A stretch of 64,000 bases of DNA from Raillietiella orientalis (lineage: Eukaryota): positions 5,890,001-5,954,000 of the forward strand of contig JAYWIR010000003.1 of assembly GCA_036172245.1 (NCBI GenBank), given 5' to 3'. Shown one piece after another: positions 1 through 12,099 of the stretch; position 1 is the stretch's first letter; the number at the start of each line of letters is the position of its first letter. The position numbers were made by a program, and so were the translations under genes. The notes beneath the pieces are model-generated. The model made no database searches. It saw nothing but the letters and a program-made list of their open reading frames with translations, and was not told where the DNA came from.

Positions 1-1195
1 GGGTGGCACGGATTTCTTCTGGTCTTTCCAGATGCTATACTTTCCGGGCTCCACACCTGGAGCAACAGCAGCACCTCTCCTAGAGGTGTGTTGCATGTGG
101 CAAGGCATCCAGGATCTGGAAGTTTCCGTGACTCTTGAAGGAGAGAAACAGCGAAAGCTCTTGGTCCTGGGAAAAGAGGAAACTTCGAGACGTTGAACGG
201 AGGCGGAGTTCGTGGAATGGCGCGTAGGAGGTTTCCTCTTTTCGGTCTGCGTCTCCCTTGGCAATGGAGGGTTCCCTCGACTTCCTCTTCACGGCGTTGC
301 GCCTCGAGGATGGCGCGTTCTGACCACGTGGTGAGGAGAATGACCTTGCTGGGATGCGTTCCTCGTTCAACAAAACAAAGACGGAACGATCTTCCTCCCG
401 AGCCGGTGCGTCCTCAGTCCCAAGGCCATTGCTACCACGCGTGCAAGTAGCCTGATACCTGAGCAAGGAATTCCTGCGTCGAGAGAGTCTCTCGACCCTC
501 CCTCCCTCCTCCTGCTCTCATCTTTCTCCGGACTCACAAGAGACTTTTGGCTGCTTCCCTTTGAACGACTCTGGGAAGCAGGTGAGACTCAGACTGGGCC
601 ACGCTTTCCCTCACTGCCTCGTAACGAGGACGGGAGCTCCCCTCCGGTGGCACAAGCCACCGGGCGACCACTTGTTGCCACGTTCATCTGTCGTCCCTGT
701 TCCGATTTCAGCCGAGCGCGCAGTGAAGGAGCGGTCAGGGAGCCAGCTAAAGAGAAAGAACTCGAAGTCCTGGAAAGTCTCAGGACCAACAGCGCCAAAA
801 TCACTTCTCGTTGATGCAGAAATCCATCATCTGTTCTCTGACGGCGCCGACTCTGATGGAATGGGAACCCTGTCGAATGGTCAAGACCGCGGGACCGAAA
901 AACTTGGAAGACGGAAACCGAGTCCTCCTCCTCCATGGAAATCGAAAGCGCCTGCTTGTCGCCATGCAAGCACCGGGACCTGTTGTCAGCGGCAACGACT
1001 GGAATTCACGAGCGTCCCAAACCCCACTAGCGAGACGTTTCCCTCGCTCGCTCCCTGCCGGGAGCAGAGCGGATTCCGCAGAAGGGAAACGTCGGAAGAG
1101 CTGGAAGACACGAGAACGCCCCCACATTCTGGGGCAGAGCAGCTCTGCCTAGGAGCCGCAGAAAGAGGCGAGTCAGCGCGAAGCCCCACACTCAC

Positions 1196-4100
1196 CGAGT
1201 ACAAGCAGCGACGAGCACTGAAGGAAATAGGTCGTTCCGACCAGGAAGCGGAAGATGACGAAGGCAGTGAGATCATTGGAGAACGCTGTGGCGATACCGA
1301 AGACGGCAGCTGTGAGGTTGCTCAAGACGAAGGCGGTCCTCCTGCCGAAATTATCGGAAATGAAGCTGAAGATTAAAGTTCCGATGCAGGAACCGACGAA
1401 AAAGAGCGCTTGGGCAAACGTGGCCTTCCAATTATCGTCGCACACCCAGTTCAGCTACAAGGCAAAGCAGATTTACGCGGCTGCTCATTGAAAATTCAAT
1501 TTCATTTAAAAATCCGAATGAGTCATTCCTCGAATCTCATATGGAGGATGTGACAGCTGCCTGGAAACTCCTCACGGGATAATTTCGCGCGAGGAGCACT
1601 GCTCCGGGAGACAAAGTAAAAAGATGATCTTTTCCGCTGGTACTCATTAAGTTCCGGAACTCGATCGCTCTTCATCTTTGCGTGGAAAAAAACAGAAGTT
1701 CCTCTGACGCGAGGAATTCTCGCCGAGCAGCAGAATCATCTCAAATCCCTCCCACGAAATCCACGCCCGACGACTTGCAGTGGTTCGGTCCCATAACTTG
1801 TGGTGTAAGGTCTCTTCTTCCCACGTCTGAATGCGGCAAGTCGTCTAACTGTGAGTTGCAACTGAGGTTAACAAACAGAGCCGGGCAAGAAAACATGCTT
1901 GTAATTGTAAGGTTGATCCCGGTTGAGAATCCCTTCGCAGCACCAGCCATTTTAGTCCTTTCCTTGCAATCCTGTAGCTGTTTTTTGCGACGGAGGAAAA
2001 AGACCGTAGTTGCATGGACCTGTTGGGTAGAAGGGTTGTCTGCCCTTAGATCCAAGGATTTCAAAGCTGGAGCTTCAGATGAGGAGATCCCAGCTCTTAC
2101 ATTGAGAAGTTGCTGATAAATGGGATACGATCCGATATCACGTGCACTGTTTGGCTCGTTTCATTGGCCGCCTCTGCCTCATGGCGTCTTCGAGTTGGTC
2201 CATCTACAAACTCTTCTCGTCCTTTGAAACTCGAGTCACTCTTCCGTCCAGATGGCAAATAGGTCAGCGGGACGCTGTGAACGCGAAAGAGCTGCTTCAC
2301 TCGTTGCTCATTATAGGTATTCCACTGCATGGTTCCCCTAATGGAATCGGGTTCCCTACAAGCCAGTCTGTAATCCATAGGATCATGAGGTTCCGCAAAT
2401 TCGTAGCACCCATGAGAAGTACAGCCGAGTACACAAAGCATTGCTCGTGACACTTGCAATTCCACAAAGGGCAATTCTTCATATTTTCCTAAGGCAAGGA
2501 AGGTGCTATGAGCAAAGATTGCCATGGGCGCAGAACACTGTGGAGGAAACTGTCTATGTGTTGGGGCCGCTGCAAACTTTGGTTCTTGCGAACAAGTTTC
2601 CTGATGTCGTGTCTTTGTCGCGCTCTCACTTGTTCGAATTTCCAAGCTCAGTAACCAAACAGATTTACATCCAAGGTTCAAAATGGACCTGCCTCCATCC
2701 CACTTGCAAAAAAAAAAAGAATGGATCTTGCTAAGTCGCCAGGGGGGTGTATCGCGATCATTACAAAGATCGCAGCAATCTGAAACATCTGGTCAGATAC
2801 AAACTTTAATTGTGACCTTGATTCTCAGTGCTGGGTGTCCCGAATTCAGGTAACGAACCGATACGTGTTCTTCTCTGGAAGCACGTGGGAGATGCAGGCA
2901 GACATTGCTTCGATGCAAGACCAAAAAAAATGCTCTATCATCCCTACCGTACTATACATACAGACGACTCTGGACCCTAAAATCGCAATCGCAACTTTGT
3001 CTGATGCTGCTGCGTTATTTAGGTGCATTTGTCTGTTGGTATGCAACAGAAAACACTTGCGATCACAGACGGCTGCCATTCGCTTGCTCAGACACCAACG
3101 GCGTTACTGGCAAAGTGACGCCGTTGGTCGTTACGGTTCACAACGCTTAGAGGAAGCCATAGGCATCTGCTTACCTGAGTGACGATGCTGGGGTAAAATC
3201 CCGTGAGATTGTATTCCCAACCGTGGGCGCAGGAAGTGATGTTCAAACCTCGATGGTCTATTTTGCCATCTGTTATGTTAGCAGTGTCCCAGTCGACATC
3301 GTACATTTCACATTTTTTATAGGAAGTGTAATCCTCTTTTAGAGGGTTTTCCGTGTCGAAAAAGAAGGAAATCTTCCCTATAGATCTTCCAAAGAAATAA
3401 TCCCTTCTCAGGTTTCGTTGGTCGTAAGTTGGTATGGCCAACTGCTTTCGAACTTCAACGCTGTAGTTAGACAGCTGCGGAACGTTGCACCAATAGTACT
3501 CGGGCTCAAGAGCAAGGAAAACCTAGAAGAAGATACAGAGTTCATCATCTGGGGTGCAAATCGCGTGAGCAGAACACAGCTCCCTTGAAGCTTCGGGTTC
3601 CCCACGTGAGCGAAATGACTTCAGCGACCTGTTCAAAGAAGCCAAGTGACCGCAGTCGCGTCTACGTTACGAAAAGGCAGCCTTCTCAGAATGAGCAGTT
3701 GAACTCCCACGCGCGGAAGCAAAGCGAGATGACAATCACTTCTTCCAAAAGAAGGAAAACGGATGAGATGAAGTAAGGAATGCAGGAAGGAATAATCTTC
3801 TTGTGCTCACATCTCTGCTTTGCATACGCTGGAGTGTACGACGATGACAAGAGCAAACATGCTTGTACACGCACATCAGCACAAATGTAATAGCAAAGGG
3901 ATTTCTTCTATCTTCGCTCCGAAACGGATAGTTGGTTGTGTTGCTAACGAACACTGGTTAATGATGCTGGGATCTGGGTTTGTCCGAGTGAAGACTCTCG
4001 CGGAACGATCGGTGAGATCTCTTTATTGAGGACTTGGAGCAGAATGGCATCAGTGAACGACAAACTCTGTTGATTCATGTCGTTTCAGCCTCTCTCCTTT

Positions 4101-5316
4101 GTCCAAATTTCCGCTTCCTTGCCGTCTGGCGATTGGGCAACGTTTCAGCCATAAGACACGTAAGGAGCAAAAAGTCTTCCCCGGGTGGAAGATGGCGACC
4201 GAAATTGATTACAAGACGGGAAGTATGCAGAGCCAGTTTCAGGTTGCATAAACAAGTAGAGCGGGTCAAATACGCAATCCGGAATCCTACAGAAGATGAA
4301 GGACGAAAGCTGTTTTCGCGCCGTCATTCTCGAATTTGCCAGTAAAGTTTGTCAGCCGGAAAAGCGCGAATCTCGCAGAGACATCAGATCATGCATTCTC
4401 GTGACCATCTGGGAGCTCTAGGAAAGAACTGTCTCTGACCACTGGCGGCAGAAGTTGGCGATGTGATTCGGCTGAATCACCCCCAGTTTCACTTTTTCAT
4501 CTCTGAACTGCCGCACACTGCTGACCCCAGCAGCAAGCACAATGTTCCGTGATGCCCGAGGGCCTCCTTGGTGAGATTTCCGCAGAGCAAGGCAACCTTT
4601 CTTTCACTTTCAGTTTGCTTCAGGCTTGGGACTCGATCGATTGCGCGGAAAGCAGTCGGATTCTTGTGAGGGACGCGGCTGGATCATGAAGAGAGCTTTC
4701 GGTTTCAAAAGAAGGAAGCGGTGCTGATGCAGGGAGATGCTCAGAGCAGCGCTCGAATCGGAGGAACACCTCGGCGAGAGTAACCATGGGAACCTTTCTT
4801 CTCCGCGTCCAGTTAGCGGCATCTCTTAGTTGTAGAAATTGATGGAGAAAGTGTGTCAGCTTTGGAGGAAGCCGAGTCAGTGTAGAGCACTTGGAAAATT
4901 GGGTTCTTGCAGTGACCGAGTTGGGTCAGTTGACGGAGGAGCAGTCGGCTCTTGCATTGGTAATGATGTCTATCAGCAGATCGCAAGAACCTGGGGCCAC
5001 ATTGTTTTTTGATCAGGTTTTCACGGGAATACCGAACATTAGCTATGAGTTTTCCAAGTCCGGGAAACGGAGCGCCGACTAAAAAAAAAAAAAAGCCTCC
5101 AACGCGACAGGGATTACGGAAGAATGAACTGAGATTGGCTTTTCTAAACGGAAAAACCCTGCGCTTGTTTGATAGAGGAATTTTCATTTTCACCTTTGGA
5201 CTCACCTGGCTGAATTCAACCACCGCCATACCTAACATGGAAAAGGTCATCAAACACGTTAGCTTTTTCTGAAAGTATTTAAATCCTCCGATATAAAAGA
5301 AAATGTCTTCAAAATT
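1196..5316 (-). CDS. SLC22/organic cation transporter-like MFS protein, N-terminal exons 5316-5206, 3522-3175, 1454-1196; start exon and 3' half not resolved
   Basis: GT-AG splicing joins NFEDIFFYIGGFKYFQKKL..VEFSQ / VFLALEPEYYWCNVP..KCEMYDVDW..CAHGWEYNLTGFYPSIVTQ / LNWVCDDNWKATFAQALFFVG..ISDNFGRR. These match the SLC22 large extracellular loop and the MFS SDxxGRR motif. No clean frame was found below 1196. Confidence 0.8.
2100..2700 (-). mobile_element. degenerate non-LTR (CR1/L2/Jockey-type) reverse transcriptase fragment in an SLC22 intron
   Basis: Frameshifted remnants in the expected order: SVWLLS (PISLLS), HRQF (QxGF), ILWITDWLVG (WIxxWLxxR), RVHSVP (VxSGVP). Confidence 0.45.
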
Positions 5317-5799
5317 CTGTAGATCACCTTCCGTAGCACTACGGGAGAAATGCAGAGAAACAGCTTTATTTTTTTTTAAAAGAAAAAAAAAAAAGTAAAA
5401 AAAAAAGAAAAGAAAGCACCAAACACGAAAACCATCGACTCACGAAAAGTTACTCACATGGTCTTCTTTTTTGAGTCTTTACTTCGGCTGGTGTATCTCT
5501 TGAATGGCAGGACAAACTTGATCCTAGTGGGCACTGAAAGACAAGGATTCAATGATTGCATCTGCATCAGAAGCAGAAGCGTCTTCATTTGGTCTTTCTG
5601 CGATCCCACGTAGAAGGGTGCCCCGGCAGCATAATATGCCGGTTAATGGCGGATCCAAAGCGGAAATCCGCACGTTTGTGTACGAAAAAGAGTGAACGCT
5701 GAGGAGTAGACGCGCGAGTTGGGTCAGGACAGACAGATGATCGACGCAAGCTAACTTGAATTGACCTTCAAGAGAACTACGCCAAGAGGGGGATCCTGT

Positions 5800-7176
5800 C
5801 CGAATTACTCATACTTGTTTTCCCGAATGTTCCATCTTTGCCTGGAACGCCCTGCCATGGAGAAGACAAGAGCATCATCTACCGCCGAGGGGCGCAGCGC
5901 TGGAGGAAGCACTACAAGATCAGCAACCACACATTCCAGGTGAAGCGGTTCAACAGACGCGCGTTCTGCGTTTACTGTCGCGACCGCGCCTGGGGCCTCT
6001 GCCAGAAGGACTTCAAATGCATCCACTGCAGGCTGTGTTTATCCACAGGAAGTATCGCAAGCTCATTTGGATGCAACACGGAGCAGCTGCAGGCGGCAGC
6101 AGGAACCCGTCGAGGACCTCGGGTCGCACGACCGCAACGAGGAGGCATTACTGGCGGCAGGCGAGTTACCCTACGGTGGCCGTCGGGGTATCGCCGCATT
6201 CTACTCTTCTGGGAAAAGGGAGGGAGCATGCATGTTCCGGAGAGCTCCCAGAACTGTTTCTCGCTTTCGATCAGAGGTCCCTGTGCTCTCTCTCCAGACC
6301 CCATTAATCTTCCCTGGGTTCCGTATTTGCTCGAGCGCGCGACGGTCTTGTGGGTCACCCAGTTCACTCAGTTGCTGCTGCCTGTCAGCATGGTGCCCGC
6401 CAGGCTACAGGGTTGCCAGATTGCCCTGTCTCTCAGCGGCGCATGACCTCACATGTTGCCTCAATCTTTCTTCTCAGCCTTCTTAAGAAAAATCACAGCC
6501 TGGATATTAGGGAGCACCTGTTTGCGCTACTGTCACACCCTACAGCAACTTGCTCAGCTCTTCTTTGTTGCGGATGGCCGGCTGCAGGTGATGATATGAA
6601 ACTTTTTATTGTCATGTGCTGCGTTTCCAGACAACTCCAGCACTCCACAGACAGGCTGCCAAATGCTCCCTTACAGCCGCGAGACACACAGGAGCTGCAG
6701 CACCTGCGCGCTCTGCATCGTTTCCCTTGCTCAGCAGCCGGTGGATACAACCGATGGGAAGCTGCAAACCCGCGCAGCTGCAACGAGACTTAGCCCTGCC
6801 TCTCACTATCTTCCTTTTTCTCCTTTGCCTCCTCTTGTACTTGCTTTACTACACTGATACTAGCAACAAGTTCAAATCGACCACTATACCAACGCGCAAG
6901 CGTCACGACGCAACCCAAACTAATCACTTCAGGTCAGCGGCGCGTGACCTGAAGTGGATTCCCAGCTCCGAAGACAACGGCTGCACAGCGAAGGACCCGA
7001 TGGCTGCGTCAGAGATGCACGAAGAGTCTCAGAGAGTGCAAGAGTCGGGAGGGCAGCGCCAGTACTCGCTGCAGGATATCGAGCTCACCAAGGTCATCGG
7101 CTGAGGCAGCCATGCCAAGGTGCTGACGGTGGATTGCGTCAAGACGAAACGTATCTACTCCGTGAAGGTCATCGAG
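5800..7176 (+). pseudogene. aPKC: atypical protein kinase C (PKC iota/zeta) pseudogene fragment: PB1 end, pseudosubstrate, C1 domain, start of kinase domain
   Basis: [66 protein letters not shown], then a frameshift near 6035. QRQYSLQDIELTKVIG*GSHAKVL..KRIYSVKVI has TGA (7102-7104) in place of the Gly-loop Arg. Similarity ends near 7176. Confidence 0.9.
6461..6840 (-). pseudogene. H2A: histone H2A pseudogene
   Basis: [47 protein letters not shown], frameshift, [32 protein letters not shown]. This is canonical H2A with frameshifts. No histone 3' stem-loop seen. Confidence 0.9.
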
Positions 7177-7737
7177 GAAGCGGGAAACCGCCTCCGATCA
7201 CCCTTTCCTCGTGGGACCGCGCTCTCCTGCTTCCAAGAGAAGCGTCAGGTTTACTGAACCAACAAAAACTCGGAACTCTCTTCTGTACCAAATGGATCTG
7301 CCGAGAATACTGCATTGTACCGAAAGTCAGCACCAGCGATTCTTTGAGCACAGGGAACTGGTGTTGCAAGAGCAAGCCCGCTCGGAACGCTCTCAGAAAA
7401 GGATCTTCTCATGCTGAAAGACTTGCAGACTGAAAGGTATGCATTCCTAACTGCCCAATTGCCACAGACGTGGCTGGCACGGCAGTCTTCCAAGAGGAAT
7501 CTGCCACGCAACTGAAAGGTCCAGGCACCCTTGCGATCTGCAAGGATGGGAGTTTGGTGAGGATTCGAGACCTTGAAGCTAGGCTCCGGGGCAAGAAGAC
7601 CGGAGTAGGAATACCCGCAGCAGGCGACGTGGCGTCCATATTCTCGGCAACTCTCCAGAGCCACTCGGGATCGCGCTACGTGTGTCTTCCCACTTACGAA
7701 GAAGCATTTGCTCGAAAGCTTTCCAACAGTTTGCTCC

Positions 7738-8625
7738 TTTTTTTTTTTTTTGGTTTGCTAAGTGCCTCAGAGCCGGTCGCGTGCCTCGCGGCGTACGTGG
7801 CTCTTTCTAAACATTAAACACACTGTTGTGTTTCTACGCCCCTCCGCCCGCGGCAGCTTGCAGGGGGGCGTGTAATTCTTCAGTGTCATTCTTCAGGATA
7901 GGGAGCACCCCGGGATGGGGGTCCGCCCTATGAATCCAGGAAGGGCTCGGAGTCCGTTCCTCTCACGCTTGGGGAGGGATCGCACCTCTCACCCCTGTCT
8001 CCGAAGGGGAATCCCGAAGGGAATCTCCTTCCTCATTCTCTCCGGAGGGACACCCCCCTCTAATGGGGAGGGGCTGTCCTCTCCATTTCAACTTCTCCGA
8101 AGGGAACCCGGAAAGGAACCGCTCCTGTTCACTCCTCTGAAGAGAACCCCGAAGGGACGCTTCCGAAACTCAGAAGGGGTGCTGCAGCTTCCCGCAGGGG
8201 GATCGCTCCCGCTTGCTTCCTTGTGCACACTCTGTGAAGAGGCGACGACTCGGAGGATCCCCCCGCAATACGGGGGGTCCGCTCCCTTGAACAGCTGGAG
8301 AGGTGCGCGTGAGGGCTCCTGCTCCATCTTGAAACCGGAGGGATCCCCCGGTGGGGGGGTCCGCTCTCCAGTCGTTGCACGACAGGAGGAGGAACTCCCC
8401 ACTCCTTTATTCCTGGGAAGACCCGAAAGTCAATTTCCCTTTGTTCCGGCCTTCATCGGGGCCTCTGGCTTAATCCACGGCCGGTGCCACGCCCGAATGT
8501 CGCGGCCAACCAGCGCCGTTGCAGGAGAAACTCGGAACCCAACGACGCAGTGGCATCAGTTTAATGCCGGAGTATTCGAACCCGCGACGCATGGTGCCAC
8601 ACGCGGAAGCCTTAACCACAAGGCC
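7738..8625 (-). mobile_element. putative tRNA-derived SINE-like retroposon (~890 bp) containing a hairpin array
   Basis: Minus-strand head GGCCTTGTGGTTAAGGC..GGGTTCGAATAC (A-box/B-box-like, 8625-8572); A14 tail (T run 7738-7751); flanking near-duplication 7722-7737 TCCAACAGTTTGCTCC vs 8626-8641 TCCGACAGCTTGCTTC (13/16, all three differences transitions). Confidence 0.5.
7898..8468 (+). repeat. tandem array of ~14 degenerate GC-rich hairpins
   Basis: Examples: 8003-8031 GAAGGGGA-ATCCC-GAA-GGGA-ATCTCCTTC; 8252-8285 GGAGGAT-CCCCCCG-CAATA-CGGGGGG-TCCGCTCC; 8337-8369 GGAGGGATCCCCC-GGT-GGGGGGGTCCGCTCTCC. Confidence 0.75.
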
Positions 8626-11600
8626 TCCGACAGCTTGCTTCTGCGTTTGGAACATCTTAGAGGCCGCATCCTCATTTTTGGAAATGAAAGAGGTTCAACG
8701 AGGTGGATTTTTCTTTCTTCTTTTTTTTAAAAAACACCCACTCGTTGACGGTTGGTTGAGATTGGCGGCAACTGGTACTCTTTGCGCTTTGCGCTTTCAT
8801 TTGGTGCAGAATTGGAAAGGAAGGGGAGGAGGGGGAGGAAGAGAAGAGAAAACGAGTAAATTGAGCGGATGGACGGATGGACCAAATTTTGAAACTGCCC
8901 TCTTATTTGGAGGGTTTGAACCGGAGACGCTGTGCCGTGGCCCCTTGAGTTCCGGTTGGATACAGTGGTCCCTTTGTTAATTGAGGCTACCTTCAGGGCA
9001 CCTCAACGGCTGGCAATTGCATGAAAGAGGTTTCCCATGGACACGTGGACGCAACATTACAAGCAGCAGTGAGACTGAGGCTCTCGAAAGCGAATGAATT
9101 CATCTTTAGGACGGAGTCAGCGAGGGAATTACAAAGAGCGCTCTCACTTGTTCTCCGAAATTTCGCAACACTCTTGTGTGGCAGGAAGGTGGTTCGTGGA
9201 TGAGACCGCTAGCAGGAGCGTCCCTCACACAGTGGAATTCATCCCAGCATTCCAAATGAGAAGGATGAAGAAGAAACGCAATCCTGAGTGAGAAGGGGAG
9301 CGGAAAGGCTCGCGAAAACCAGAAGTGGGGACAAGCAGGGATTGGTAAATGCCGAATTTGGCTGATCCTGCGAAAGAACAAGGGAATCGCCCCCTCTTAG
9401 ACCCTAAGTTCCATCTTTGACCTTCGAGTTCTGTGAAGATCGAGGCCTGTGACTCCTGAGGTGCTACGAGCGAACCTGCTCCTGTTCCTCGGGCGAACGG
9501 AAGAGCGGAGTCTCCAGCTGGATTCCATGTTTCCGCGGAGACGGCCGCTCAGACACCGCTGAACAGGAATCAGGATCTCAACGGGAGGGAAATTGCAGCA
9601 TAGCGGCGGAGGAGGAGAGGGATTCCACACAAATCGGGAGCGTGGCCGAAGTGTCGCACCGCTCTTAAGAAGGATCGGCTCATCAATGCTCGATTTCTTC
9701 ACCCCATTTTTAGGATCCACTTGCCTATTGCGCGCTGCACGTGGAGTATTCATTTTGACTAGCTGTAGGCAAAAAGGATCCTGGAATCCAAATCTTTGGA
9801 AGGAAGGCTTTTCAGGACTCTTCTCTCGGCCTCCCTTGTTTCTTGTTTGTGCGGCTTGCTGCAAGTATTGGAAACGGCGCGAGCTCTTGAAAAATTTTAG
9901 GGCCAAGCAACTCGGTTGGTGTCAAGAAGATGAGAATCAAGTCTGCGTTTCGATCAACACGGCAATAGCATCAGAGATATCGAATCAAAGGAAGAGCTGC
10001 AAAGCTGTTTTATCAGGAATTTGGTTTTCGTCATGAGAATCGAAATTCTATTCTAACTGGGACAAATAAGCAGCTTTGGAAAAGAGGAAACATGGCTCGT
10101 TTGGGATGCTAGTCCCTGAATCCTCTCAAATTTCAAGATACGATTTGACTTACTTTTCCTTTCCTTCCCGTCTGTCGGACCAAGTGAGAAAGGACTTCCG
10201 CAACAACTACAAATGAGAGAAGAAAAGAAAGGCTCCGGAAAAAAAAATCGATTCTTCCGAGCTCTCGTTTTCACTATAACTGGAACTGTGCACCCCAGTT
10301 CCAATCTTATATAGGATGCTCTCCGACTCCTTATCTTCGGTTATCTGCAGCCTGTAATCGAGTCACTATCAAGTGGGGAATAAATCGAAAGATTTGGATA
10401 TCATCGTGAAGAAATCAGAAAGGCAAAAGGAAGTGAGGAACTTGAGGAAGATGGAAATTCCCCATTCTATCCACGCAAGTCGTTCAGATGGACGCGGCGC
10501 CCCTCACATGGTGCGATGTTTCGTTTCCTGGTGACTGTATACTAAGTGTACATAAACACTCTAGTAACTATGCCGCGAAAAAGAGAATGTGCATGTTTAT
10601 GTGCATATCTGCAAACACATAAACCATGTGCGTACCATGTTTTTTCTGTGCATCTAAATCATGGGTTTCAATGAATTACTACCTTTAGAAGTTTCGCAGC
10701 AAACCACGATACGATTTCAGAAAAGAAAGGATCGCATTGAAAATGGCGACTGTGCTCCCTTTTGCTGTGGTAGAATGCTGAATTTTCAACAGGTGTTCTC
10801 ATTCCCAGTTTACAATCCCGTGGATCCCTGTGAATGTTGCGCAAGAAAGATGCATACGTCGCTCTTGATTTCGATGTTTTTTAAACCCCAAACGAGCAAG
10901 AAACAAGGGAAGTTCAGGTCGTAAATGGATCATCCTGGACGTCAAGTAAACAAACGAATCTGGGATCATTTTTTTGTACATGCCTGCTTCAGGAGACAAC
11001 TCATAGGGTGGGCTGAGGCGGGCGCAACCCAGAATGTCGTTGGGAAAAAAGGGAATATCGGTTAAATGACGAGATGCACAGAAGCCACCCAACTCGGTCT
11101 TGGCATCTCCTGGGGGCGCAGTGCACAATCTGAAATCACTCTGAAGGGTCGACTGGTCCCCGCAGCTCGGAATTACTCAGCAAACACAATGCTTCCGCAT
11201 CTGGAATACGCAAAAAAGGAACGTGGACCGAAAGCACGTGTCGAGCTAAACCTAAACTCGAATGACCCTGGTAGAAGCGTTGGACGTGCTTTACCGTTTG
11301 CCGTTCGAATCGTTCGGGATTGAGCTGACTGCAGATGAGTTACGTTTAGCGATGCTTTTTCGGGTGGCACCTTAGCCTCGAACTCCGAAGGAGACTCATT
11401 GGTCCATAGTTTTCAGCAGTCACAAGTTATCATCCGGAATGAAATGGCGACGAATCCAAAGGAGAGTGATAAGTTTCCTGCCAAATCAGCAGAGCCGCCG
11501 CAAAGAGAAAGTGCCCGCCTGCGTTTTTGTTTCGTGTTCCAGACGACTCCTGCATCAGGGAGCGGACTCAGCAGGAAAAAAAAAAAAAAAAGCCGCGGAA

Positions 11601-12099
11601 CCTAAAACAAAACCGTGAGATTCCGTTACGAGAAAGGGAAAGGAGGCGTCCTCAGGACTGTGCTCAGCAGCTTGCTTGCAATACTTGCGTCTTCCGTGAA
11701 AGAAATCCAGCAGATGTTTATGATTTCGAGGACACCGCTTTGGAAAGCACCCTCACTTGGGAATTCGCCAAAATCAGAAAAGCTCAACTGGAGAAAGCTC
11801 TGGCTGGAAAAGAAATGAAGATGACCCAATAGGCAAGAAGTGCTGGGAGAAGAAGAATCGGATGCAGCACCTGACATGTGGGGTTTGCTCGGCCCCATGA
11901 GACAAACGTCTCGGCGGATTTCTCTCGGCCGTTCAGTGGAGCATCGCACTCAACCAGTTTTATCGAAGTTCGGATGCTGTGAGGTTACAGGCAGCATCAG
12001 AGCATTCGGAAGAACATCTTGAAGCGTCTCAGAAAAGACCAAGAAATTCAGCATTTCTCCAGTTCTTTTCTTATAATTCTGCCTTATTACTGTGGATCT

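Noticed and set aside
561..1376. 271-aa plus-strand ORF and similar six-frame ORFs
   Set aside because: Antisense shadow of SLC22 coding sequence; most other short ORFs in the track are shadows or chance frames.
8125..8185. Hammerhead-like CTGAAGA...GAAAC inside the hairpin array
   Set aside because: No compatible stem I or properly placed NUH cleavage triplet in either type I or type III topology.
7898..8468. CRISPR array interpretation
   Set aside because: Units vary in sequence and length, linkers are too short for spacers, there are no cas genes, and the context is eukaryotic.
8565..8631. Functional tRNA gene
   Set aside because: The 3' strand of the T-stem is missing and the anticodon stem is unpaired; treated as a SINE head.
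7915..8730. 271-aa ORF across the hairpin array
   Set aside because: No recognisable domain; explained by stop-poor GC-rich sequence.
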